From NCBI GenBank assembly GCA_051362555.1, contig CM120640.1, positions 4,588,001 through 4,652,000 on the forward strand: 64,000 nt of DNA, written 5' to 3'. How positions within the stretch are numbered: the stretch's first letter is position 1; each line of letters opens with the position of its first letter. The position numbers and the translations under genes were made by a program. The notes beneath the pieces are model-generated. The model was not told where the DNA came from. It saw only the letters and a program-made list of their open reading frames with translations, and did no database searches. Below are positions 29,701 through 40,283 of the stretch, piece after piece. Source of the DNA: Lingula anatina. Its lineage: Eukaryota > Animalia > Brachiopoda.

Positions 29701-32700
29701 ATATTAAAGAATTAGATCCCATTCCCATACCTAGATTAATCTAGCAGGATTGATCCATCTCCGAGAGGATTCTCGCTAAATTGCATTCAGCTTAAGCGGC
29801 TCAGATGTCTGGCATGCTTACTCAAGCTGCTAAACAATAGATAATTACCCCCTAAGAGCTTCAGAAGGCATGCCACATCAGAGCCCCTTAACCTGATTGC
29901 AATTTAGTGAGAAATCCCTCGGAGATGGGTCAATCCTGCTAGATCGATATAGGAATGGGAAAGGGTCTTAATGTTTTGTACTGTATGGGTCTCAGTTTTT
30001 CTTGCTGGTGTACTTAGGTTTTTTTGAAAAGGCTCTTTCCTCAACAAAGTTCCATGCATGATTTCAGTTAGATGTTCATTCATTATGTTTTTAACCTAAC
30101 TGTGGAGACAAATTACATTCTACTTATGAGATTATTTGGAAAAATGTAAGCATTTCAATGACGTTTTCTTCAGTTTCACAAACACAAAAAAAATTTTTTA
30201 TTCTCACTCAAGATAAAATTCCCTCTCTCCACATCAAGTATGACTAAGGATACAGAAATGTTTTATAAACATATCGTAGGATATAAAAAAAAACTGAAGT
30301 AGAAGAAAAAATTCTTTGAAATCTTGTGAATGACTAAGGTTAAAGTTATTCAACGAAAAAAGAAAAAAGGATAATGTGTTTAAACCAAACCAGCCGATTC
30401 TTGATATGATTGAACGCAACATAATGATATTGTTACTGGTAATTGATAAATATTGCATTTCAAGATGCTGTGAAATATATAGCTTTATTCATTTTCATTA
30501 TTTTTTTAGTTCAAGGCTTCTTTTTGTTAACATGACATACTAACATAAAAGAAGTTGAGGCAGTCTGGAAGTACAAAATGTTGGCTAGACATATTCAGTG
30601 TTGTGAGCAGTTATCCAGAGAAGAAACCATTACCTATAAACTACCAAAGATTTATAGTATGGTGGTCAGAGGTCAAATGATGACAGCACTATGAAAATTG
30701 TAAGCTTGTGATGTAAAGTCATTTTGAGGGTCTGTTCTCATATGATTTGGGTAACAGTTTCATAGCTCTGATTGATTGCCTCTGACAAAGTAAAATTGCT
30801 TGTTGTCTTTTTGGTATTTTTTCCTTCTTCTTTTGTAAGTGGAAAACATTCCACTTAAGTCAAAGGCTTCCTAATAGTTATATGTTGAAAGTAGCCACTG
30901 GTGACTGTCACATTACTGAAGCTGTGTCAGAGAAGTTAGGAGTTTTGTGAGATGGAAAGCATTTAAAGTATCATGTTTAGGCACACATTTTCTTGGGTGC
31001 ATAGGCATGAGCTGGAAGTTAAAAATCAGCCTACCCTTGTTATCTGTGAGAGTGTAGAAATGAAAGAATGCCTTTCAGTTGTGCCTCTCCTATTACTATA
31101 ATGACTATAGAACAGTAGATAGTGAAAACATATATTTAAGGAACGTTTAATGATGATGATATACAATTATTGATTTTGACTGAAGTCAGTATATTGATAA
31201 AGTTTGCCTCAGTTGATGTCACTTTTTTGAGGCCTGCAAATTGACAATTGACTGAATTCTTAAATCTGTGCTTTTTTGATTATATAATATAATACCAGAA
31301 TTTCAATGTCCTCTGAAATAACGCCATTAGTTGCTGTCATCCCACATTGTTGTCTGATTGATAATTTTTATTTTTCTCTGATTGGTAAAAAAAATCAGCA
31401 GTCATGTCTCTGGTCAGTAAAATGTTTGGTGATCATGCTATCTGTCAATTTTGAGTTTAGTCAGACTTCACATTCCTGGATAAAAGACTGTATTCTATGC
31501 TAATTATATGATAATATATAATTGTAATCAGAGCAGTGGGTCCGTATTGTGAAATTATTCTAAAGTAGTTTAAACATGAACTGAAATGGAATTACAAGTG
31601 AAGTATGATAAAAGCTTTTTAAAGTTTTATGTAAAAAGTAACCAGGTATAAAAGCTTTATCAGTAGATAGGTTGACATGCCTCCTCTTGTTTCCATGGAA
31701 GCGTGTCATTCAGATAAGCTGATTGCACTCAGCCAGAGTTCCCGCAGATTTGGATTGATATACATAGACCAGTGGTGTCTATGGGAATGAGCCCTTAGTC
31801 TAAGTGAACATCACTACTCAGCTTGTAAACACAACAGTGACTGTTGATGATTATAAGCAGTTCTGCACTTAAAAACATCAGTATAAAAATGCTATTTGAT
31901 ATAAGGTAGCACATCAAACATTGTCTGCTTGTCAGCTCTTTCACTTTGGGTTCTTAAACCCCATATTTTTTTAACTGACCTAATGTTGGTCCATTCACAA
32001 TTTTTTTCTAGATGCAATTTTTCATGCATTTATCAGAAAGATTATTGTTGAAGTATGATCAATCATCTATTATTACTTTGAAAACTGCTTGGTGGATGTC
32101 TTGAGGAATTGTGTCTGTTACTGTTCAGATAACAATGTGTGATATTAGATGGCAAAACAACACAGTATTGTGTTACATTTACTACTTGTTCTTTGGCATT
32201 TTGCCAAATTGAAATGTTTTGATAGTTTTGTAAAATTTTACTACACAGGACTGTTCTGTGAATTGTAACGCCCATACATTGATAGCATTACTTAAAGAAC
32301 TTGGTAATTATTTCCAAACGTCCACAGTTATCAGACTTGAAGATATAGTAGTGGCAAATGAGAATTTAACAATGAATAACAGATATTAAGTTTTACTAAG
32401 TTTTGGCAAACGAAAAATGAGAGGTAACTCGAGTTTCAGAAAAAAGTTTTGTGGTCATTTTTCATTAAATACTAATTTTGAATTATACGAATGCATCCAT
32501 TTTAAAGATATTGTTGAAAAGTTGTCCCTCAAAGCAAATGGAGGAGTTTGTTAAAACAAAATTTAGCTGGATCCATTAGAGAGAGGTAGCCAGTTGTCTA
32601 ACTAAAGATCTTCCATATAGGTTAGCAGTCTTTCAGTAATTTCACAAATTAAACTTCCCATTTTACATTCAGTGATGATCTTCCAAAAGACCACCTAACT

Positions 32701-35700
32701 CTGCCCTGTGTTCATCGGTGTCTGTATCAACCAACTGCTCAGAGTCACTAGCACCTGGAATCATTTAGAATTGAAATGTCACTGAATTACAATCTATTTT
32801 TATTGCTCTATTTATCCAAGTTGCTCATCATCAGCTGATTGGTGTAATATATCTGTTGAACTGGAGTAAAGTATCCCATGTGTCTCTGTTCTGTGATTAG
32901 CTGTGATAGATCTCTGGTGATCAAACAGGTGAGCCAGGTGTTGGGACACTCTCACTTGATGACCACCAATTTTGGCTTTGTTTTAACACTTAATACATTG
33001 CCTAGTTCTGTGTCCCCCTACAATTACATCAAGATTGTTGGTCAATTAAAGGCCAGAAAAGTGACCATAATGTTCCTCAGGTGCAGGCCAGTGAGCCCAG
33101 GCCGCCTGGAGCCTGAAGGGACATCCAAATGATGTGGATGAGTTGAAAACAGCCCAATTACTCTCTGGACAATTTGAAAGTAAGCACCTGAAGCTCAGAT
33201 GATTAAAGGGGCTGATTACTAATGTATATATGATGCAATTGCCTTCCATTTTCTTTTAACTCTCGTGACATTGACAAAGCAGCACTAATAATGACACACA
33301 TTTGAGATACAGAGTGATTTGGGCTCTATTAGCATACGCTAACTGTCAAACAGGCATTCTTTAGTTCTATTATGACCCATGAAATATCCCAGTCTGTAGT
33401 TTTCTTGTAACTGAGCTCTTCTGTGCTAGTGGGTGTTGGTGATGTAGGACATAAGAGGGTTGTCTCTGTGCTATCATATCCAGTGATATATGTGCAGCAT
33501 ATATAGGATAATAGACATTATGTAGTAGACATTATCTTATAGACTTATGTTCAGCAATTTGGAAAGAACTTAATTTTGTTCATTTAAGGAATATTATTTT
33601 GGTTATTTTCTACCTTTTACCAGCATGACGGAATAAAGATTATTTTTCCATAATATAACTAATGATTTGGTCATAGAGGAAGCAAATATTAAATATTTAA
33701 GAAGGTTTAGTGGACCTCTGTACAACTTAGTTTGTGTTCGTTCTTTCCAATTGGCCCTCAATTTGTAAGAGGTTGTTCTGAATTTGAGCAAAGCAGCAAA
33801 ATATAATTGACTAAAAATAAAGCTGAAATTTGGAGGTAATGCGACCGTGCTATATCACATATCAAATTGTAAAAGGCAATCTTTAAAATGTACTTTTGTA
33901 GTTTCTGAAAGTTTGAGTTCATACACAATAGATGCCTAAAACTTAAATAAAAAAAAAAGCATGATAACAAGTGAAAAAAAATGTAAGCATTGAATCCAAA
34001 GAAAACTTTCCTATTCCCATGGGACACAATACCACCGTGAAGCTGTAATTGCTGTACTTATGACCTTGTGTGCCCTTACTTATTGTATCATGTTTGAAGA
34101 ATTTTATATAGACTGATCTAAAAAATGGCTTTGCAAAAGACAACCATTTTTCAAAATCACTCTGTATTATTGTTCAATGTGACCTTTGCCACTTGGGTAG
34201 GTAACTTGTGGTATCACCCTATAGCTTAATTGGGAATGCAGAACATAGAGTCCCCCTAAAAAATATGTTCATGTACAAGATGGTTTTATCTCTGCCTGGG
34301 CCTCTCAAAGCGCTATGTGAAATATAGAAGGTACATAGTAAAATCAAATGGTCCCACCTTTTATTAATGTGACACGGCAGCGTTGACAAATGATTTAGCC
34401 GCATTGATCTATCTGGTCACCAGAGCTGTTATTATGGTGACAGTTAAATGCTGGTGATTAAATGGTCAATTGGGCAATTTTCTGTCTGCTTTGGTCAGTT
34501 CTATAGCTGATTGTAGAGGTTGGGGCCACTAGAGAGGCTTGTTTGTATTGATAATAGGATAAACTGTAAATTGCTGTGATTGTTCCATGGGCATGAAAAC
34601 AGACAAGAAGTCACATAGTGTTGTAGGTACCCAGGGGTACCACTGAAACATTTCATGCTTGTTGCCCAGTTCTGATGTAACTAGCCACCCAGTAAGTGGT
34701 GTAAAAGATATGGACTTATTGGATTTTGTTTATGAATAGATACATTGACATATCCCCTTTTCTTGATTCACTTTTCAGGTAGTTACTCTTGCACTGATGA
34801 GGCTTTTCTGACTTTTGAAGGGTCATTTGAGTCATTCGTGTGAATCGTGTACCCTGGACCCCCGGCTAATTTTCCTACTTTTTCAGTGAGGACTGGTCTC
34901 AACCAGGTTCTTAAAAGCGCATTTTCTTTTACCGGTGTAAGAGCGAAGACAGTCTGGGGTGGAAAAATAGGTGACAAAAATGCAATATGACTCATAACTT
35001 AAAGCCCACCGCAGTGCATTGCTTTTTTAAAAATGGCATCGATTACAGGTTCTTTTTTCACAGAGGTTTCTTTCCCATGCTAGTTAGTTTTTAACCTCTT
35101 CGCACCAGGACCATGATTTGAACATTTATGAAGAGATTTCTTTTATTAGTAGTGGTAATTTTTACCACCTCAAATGTAAAAAGAGAAGATAATAACACCA
35201 CACTCATAGCCATGTGATAGCTGTACATAACAGTTTGAATAGGATTCACTTTGCACCACTAACCTGTCATTTCAAAACCGTCTAAAAGGATATCCATTTC
35301 GTATCTTATACATCAAGTAAAATAATCTTACATTTTCAGTATGAAAAGCTCTCTTGCTGAGGTGTCTGCATTAATCAAACTGTCAGATGAGAAATCTTTG
35401 GCCCCTTCTAATTTGAATTGATTCAGAAATTTGAATATGTAAAGGAACTTTTTACATATTTCAAGTACAACGATGTATTGACATATATATTGCTGCCCTA
35501 ACGTAAACTTTCAAAATTGTGTATAAGGCATCTTTGTCCCCCTCCTTCAGTAAACCTTTTTCATGAAAATGAAAGAACTAAGAGTTGAATGTATAAAATC
35601 AAATGTTATTATTAATGTTGTCATTATTATAATTATTACTGTGATTGTTATTATGATAACCCACTAAAAAGTGATTCAGATATTTATCCTTGAAAACATG

Positions 35701-37394
35701 TTTTGCTTTATTTCTAAACCATTGTGCGCTCGTGTCAATGTGGGATGCCACTATTTTGGAGTAAGATGCACGTATCCTTTGAAGTGATCTTCTGATGAAT
35801 AGAGTCCTTCTTTTTGTCAAAGCAGCAGCACAAAACTGTGCTCCTAGTCGTAAACAAATTGTTCCATGTTTGTGGCATCAGAATCTCCATATCTGCTCTA
35901 AGGACAAATGTGTCTTCAAATGTTCTGCCTTGCTAACCTTTTATAAAAGCTAGAATGTTCTGTAGTATGTCAAATCTATTTATCAAACAAGGGGAGACAG
36001 ACAGTCAAGCCTCAATACTTCTGAAAATAATACAGTCACCTCTAAAGATGTATGTAAAACATAAAGATTGTATTTTTTATTTTTAAAATTCTTATTATTA
36101 GTACTTGAGTACAAAAAACAGTTTTAATACTTCCATTTCATGTGAGAAATAGCAAAGTAAAATGTCTTGTGAGTGATTTATGTTAACATTTATATTTGCA
36201 CTAATAATAAGTGACTTTGCTGTAGAAAACTCTGTGCCCAAATATCCTTTCACTGAATAAGCTGGCAATCTAATAACAGCCGTGATTTGTTGTTCTTGAG
36301 ATCCTAAACTTATAATTATGATTGCACAAATTTCCGTACCTTTAAGGTGTGTTTTCTGACATTTTAACACTGCCAGACAATGCAGTGCTGCATGCTTGAA
36401 CAGAACGGAAAAGCCATTTTTCTTAAGAGGTGTAAGATCCAGGTGAATCCACATAAAAGGACAAAATGTGATGTCACCTTGATTTCAGTTTTGTATTCTG
36501 ACGATGGTGAACATAAAATGTGTTTGTCCTGAAAACTTATTTGAAACTGTTTTATGTGAAATGTGCATTCAACGAAAAAAAAATGTTATGCCAACATAAA
36601 AGAGATCTTTATGTAAATATACCTAACCCATAAGGTGTTCTGGGTTTGTAAGGGATTGATATTCAGTTTTGCCAAAAATAGCCACTTAATCTATTTTCCT
36701 ATTGAGGTCCCTGAGAACCAACTCATGCATCAATGAAATATCAATTAAACACAAACCTTACAAACTGAACACAAATAATGTCCAGGTTGTAGTTCTTGTT
36801 GGTCAATGGGTCAGAATTTTCACATTTGAAGTTGGGGTCATTTAGATCTACACTGAAAAATACATGGGGGGGGGGAGAGAGGCAAGTGTAAATCAGTGTT
36901 GGAGAGATGTCAGTATCCTGTAAAGGGTGCAAACATTTCTTTTAAAAATTGACCAAATGAAAATTTAGAAAGAAGAGCATTAGTTTGGTCTTGCGTGATT
37001 TTATAGCAAATGTTCTTGCGGATTTTATAGCAACTTTTAGTTTGAACATATAAATTTTCAATAAAAAGATAGAAATATGAATATCTAGACTTTCAGTTTT
37101 AGCTAAATCTTCCTGACAGCTTATATTCTTATTCTATTCTTATTTAATATGTTTAAGTTTTTTCTTTCTTTTTTTCATTTTGATAAAACATGTAATGTAT
37201 ACCTTTCAAAATATGAATTTCAATTTTTGAATTCTTAACTATTTTCATTCCAGCCCAACAACCGTTTCCGTGTCCCAGTAGGCACCAAGTTTTACCGTGT
37301 GAAGGCCAAACCCTGGGACAGAGAGGCCACTGCAGGGGCACCTAGGGAACCAAGTAGCAGCAGTAGTAGTAGCCCAAGCCATGTGGTCCATTGA
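2744..37394 (+). CDS. RB1CC1: RB1-inducible coiled-coil protein 1 (FIP200, Atg11/Atg17-like autophagy scaffold), 26 coding exons, about 1501 aa
   Basis: Exons 2744-2811, 3048-3174, 3480-3561, 3834-3919, 4421-4536, 4954-5040, 5373-5505, 5897-5953, 6284-6454, 6709-6893, 7183-7369, 7719-7800, 8109-8167, 8336-8445, 8672-9309, 9658-11063, 11438-11545, 12597-12705, 12916-13009, 13103-13204, 17364-17412, 17712-17759, 18249-18313, 28409-28536, 29392-29459, 37254-37394. All GT-AG, phases consistent, 4506 nt in total. Diagnostic peptides: MLYIFLVDTG, RVCSYSAGTDTNPIFLF, HEQHLQHQGWAAVIANLDD, KGLEDRLYGLDQ, VLPDLCNSH, AVVEVVRRKKF, a long coiled coil and the Claw domain. Confidence 0.97.
4690..4857 (+). mobile_element. 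About 170-bp MITE (family A, CAG...CTG termini, hAT-like), 5-bp TSD CAAAA
   Basis: TIR caggtgcggat...atccgccactg; caaaa on both flanks; similar copies at 43699 and 56542. Confidence 0.9.
7441..7513 (+). pseudogene. Degenerate duplicate of RB1CC1 coding exon 12 (pseudo-exon) with intact acceptor and a 2-nt deletion creating TGA
   Basis: 7441-7475 is 34/35 identical to 7701-7735; reads TGG TCC TCT GCA CTT TGA versus TGG TCC TCT GCA CTT TGC GAA. Confidence 0.85.
13800..14137. mobile_element. Kolobok-type non-autonomous element (338 bp), TTAA TSD
   Basis: TTAA|AGGGATAATAACT...AGTTATTATCCCT|TTAA, perfect 13-bp TIR with AGG/CCT ends. Confidence 0.85.
14204..14418. mobile_element. PIF/Harbinger-like (Tourist) MITE, TAA TSD
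   Basis: TAA|gaccccatttccaga...tctgggaatacagcc|TAA; shares gatcgatct, ctaaat/tagtgaga and aattaccccct motifs with 29715-29967 and 43896-44012. Confidence 0.7.
17295..17346. repeat. (ATTT)n microsatellite just upstream of the RB1CC1 exon at 17364
   Basis: Direct reading; similar tracts near 26737-26770 and 59852-59878. Confidence 0.95.
28409..37394 (+). CDS. RB1CC1: RB1CC1 C-terminal Claw (Atg11 homology) domain exons 28409-28536, 29392-29459, 37254-37394
   Basis: CNVGDIVLLCLDERHDQYVVFTVGTTLHFLHSDCL...SWVLAQVTDKEYCQAKKPNNRFRVPVGTKFYRVKAKPW matches the FIP200 Claw. Stop TGA at 37392-37394. Confidence 0.95.
29715..29967. mobile_element. Foldback PIF/Harbinger-like MITE (253 bp) with about 105-bp imperfect TIRs, TTA TSD
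   Basis: Left arm gatcccattcccatacctagattaatctagcaggattgatccatctccgag... is the reverse complement of the right arm ...ctcggagatgggtcaatcctgctagatcgatataggaatgggaaagggtc; TTA at 29712-29714 and 29968-29970. Confidence 0.88.
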
Positions 37395-40283
37395 TGAACC
37401 CTGCTACCAGCATATACCACACACCAATGCAAGCAGCCACTGTATAGGGCACACGACTAAATGGAGAAGTCAAACATAATTCTTTGCACCAAGCATGATG
37501 ATAGTGATGCGGGTAATTTGGAATTTTACCGCTATAACATTATTTGCTTTTATAAAAGTAGCAAGTAAATATGCCAGAGGGAAGTCTTTCACCTCTACAG
37601 GCCTGCTCATATTCACTCTGCAGGTGGATTGACTCTTTTCTCAACCACATTTTACAGGAGTTACCCAGGAATGTTAACAACATAGGACCCCTGTCTGTAT
37701 ATATAAAATTTTCAAGGGATTCCGTATACTTTTTAGTAAGAGAAATGATGACTTTTTGATGGTGTTTTTATTTAAAATTTGGACAGTAAAGATGGCATGT
37801 AACTCTTACCTTTATGTTCTAAAGGGAGTAACTGTTAAATTTGTAATACTTCTCGGTAATTGCTTTTTTTGCCTGAATAGATATTATGTATTGTGAAGGC
37901 AGGGGATGTCATTTTGATGGCCTGAACCAATGTATAAACATTGCATTATGTGCTGTACAAAAGTGTTGCCCTTGATTGGTTTTAGTGCCGTTATCTAATT
38001 TCGTTCATGGGAAGTAATCAAACAGACCAGTAACATGATTACGGCAACCTTTCCAGTTTAATGTTAAGAATTAGACAGTGACAGAGTGTCGGTATTGTAT
38101 TAACACAAACTTTGAATTAATTCCCAATCTAAAACTGGTTAAGTATCACAATATTTATTGTATTCCATATATCCTACAATGAACATTTGCAAAGTGTGTT
38201 TAATGTTCCAGACACGATCAGAAAATAAATCTTAAAAAGTAGAACTATGTTTGAAATTGTCTTTGAGATCATTTTTCAGTTCAATGAGGAACTATCTTAT
38301 TGATCTTTTTATAATGCTGTTTTTTCTTAGTTTGAAACTAATTTATATTATGGGTATGTTGCCATTATTGGTGCCTACTAGTTCAACAGTGCTGCAAAAA
38401 AAAAAAAAAAAGGAAGGAAGGAAAAAATGAATTTTAACCGTCAAAAATATATTTTTGGACAATATATAAAAGATCTGTAACTGACAGAATTTTTGGAAGT
38501 GAAAATGAAGAAAAAATAATTCATGCTGTGTCCTGTATGAAGAGGTGTTCAAAACAAATCACCATTGACCAGTCACATGCCAGTGGGTTCACACCAGGGA
38601 ATAAAAAAAGTTGACCCTCACTCCCTAATTATAATAACATAACTCAACATAATAACAATAATAACGTAACTCAACCAAAAGTGCATTGATGTATTCTTTT
38701 GTCATAGAATTGTAACACAATATCAGAACTGATTTCGTACGGATTATTATTTATTTGATGTGTTATCTAACTGCTTCCCTCTTTCCTCTCTAGGACCAGA
38801 TTTCAGACTAACTAACCAGAAGTCAAGTTCTTGTTATGGAAGCTTTAAAAAAACTGAGTATGTGTAGTGCATTTATAATTTCAATTATTCTGATGAAATT
38901 GGAGGCCACTTGTCAGGACTGAGCATGTGTCAGGTATCTTGCATAGATCATCTTAATCTGATGAACCAGGGTCTCGGTAAGTTGTACAAAAGCTGGTGTG
39001 TTTTGGAGTAATGTTGTCGGATTATTATGACAAAATAGAGACTACTTAGCCCAGCTAAGTGTGTGTCAGATCATAATCTTCTGAAGTCTGACAAGCACCT
39101 AGACTGCCCCTGCATGTGTAATATTGGCCATTCAGTGTTCCATATGCCACACCTTCACTGTAACCTAAAACTGTTTAAACAATATGTAGGCACTACTGTA
39201 TTAACACTGCACACTTATTAGGGATGTGTGATTTGCTTTTTACCTGTCTTTATCTTCACTTTTAAGATCGCTTCGCTTTTGTTGAGCTGCATATATTTAT
39301 ATACTGCTGCTTTTTCAGACTTGATGGTTATGATGAGGGTGATTATATTCATCTTTTGATGTTTAAAAAAAAAACTGAAAAGCCTATTAAGTATTTTTCT
39401 GATAGATGTCTGCAAGGTTTGCACTTACAAATCACCAAAGCTTTGTTTTCTTTATCTGAACATTGTCCCAGAACATAAATATTGCATTTTTACCTGTAGT
39501 ACATAAAAATGGGTGTGAGATTTAATGTTAAGAACGAAACACAATAAGACCAAATTTTTGATGACAGGGATGTTTTACATACTGGGCATAAAAGATATAT
39601 CTTCAATGAAAAAGAAATGTTAACAAAATTTCTCAGTTAAAAATTTTGTGGTACCAAAATATTGTTTTGTTGTCTTAATCGGTTTCAACTTGAGATTTAC
39701 TTATTATGTCTGTAGGGAAATGGAGAAATTATTATTATTATTATTATAAAAAATATTAATAACGGTTTTCCACCTGAATAGCAGTGTCAGTAACACCCTG
39801 TCCAAGGTAGGAGTGGGTCTTTTTAGTTTATCAGCCTTAAGCGTGGAAAGTCTGAAGATTTCAATGTGCTGCTGTTTTAAGTGGGAAGTTGATCGTATTT
39901 GTTAGAAGTATGAAAGGTGTGTTTGATCAATCCTCTGTAAATAGTCTTGAACCCTCTTTGAAATCTGCAGCTTTCATGATTATACTAGACACGAGAAAAA
40001 GTGAAATTAAAATGCGGTGGATGGCTCGATCGAATATGGAATATGGATAACATCTTGACCACTTGTCCTGCATGCATGTGCATAATTGAGAAGTGAGGTG
40101 TAAAATTTAGTCTTTGTCCTAAAATCTAAAGTAAGAGAAGGAAGTTGGAGTGGAAGCGTAGGAGTAGGGACGTAATTGGTTGAAAGTTTAATAAAGGTTC
40201 AACAGGGAAGTAATGCAATGTTTAAAAGACATCTACCATATAGAAAACTGGAGAGAAAGCCCATTCTTTGGTGTCTGATTTTT

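Noticed and set aside
33081-33180. Possible alternative terminal exon VQASEPRPPGA*
   Set aside because: Poor polypyrimidine tract, no homology, and it would truncate the Claw domain.
38885-39095. TGATGA...CTGA pairs resembling C/D box snoRNAs
   Set aside because: C boxes lack the purine, there are no convincing terminal stems, and the region is 3' flank or UTR rather than intron.
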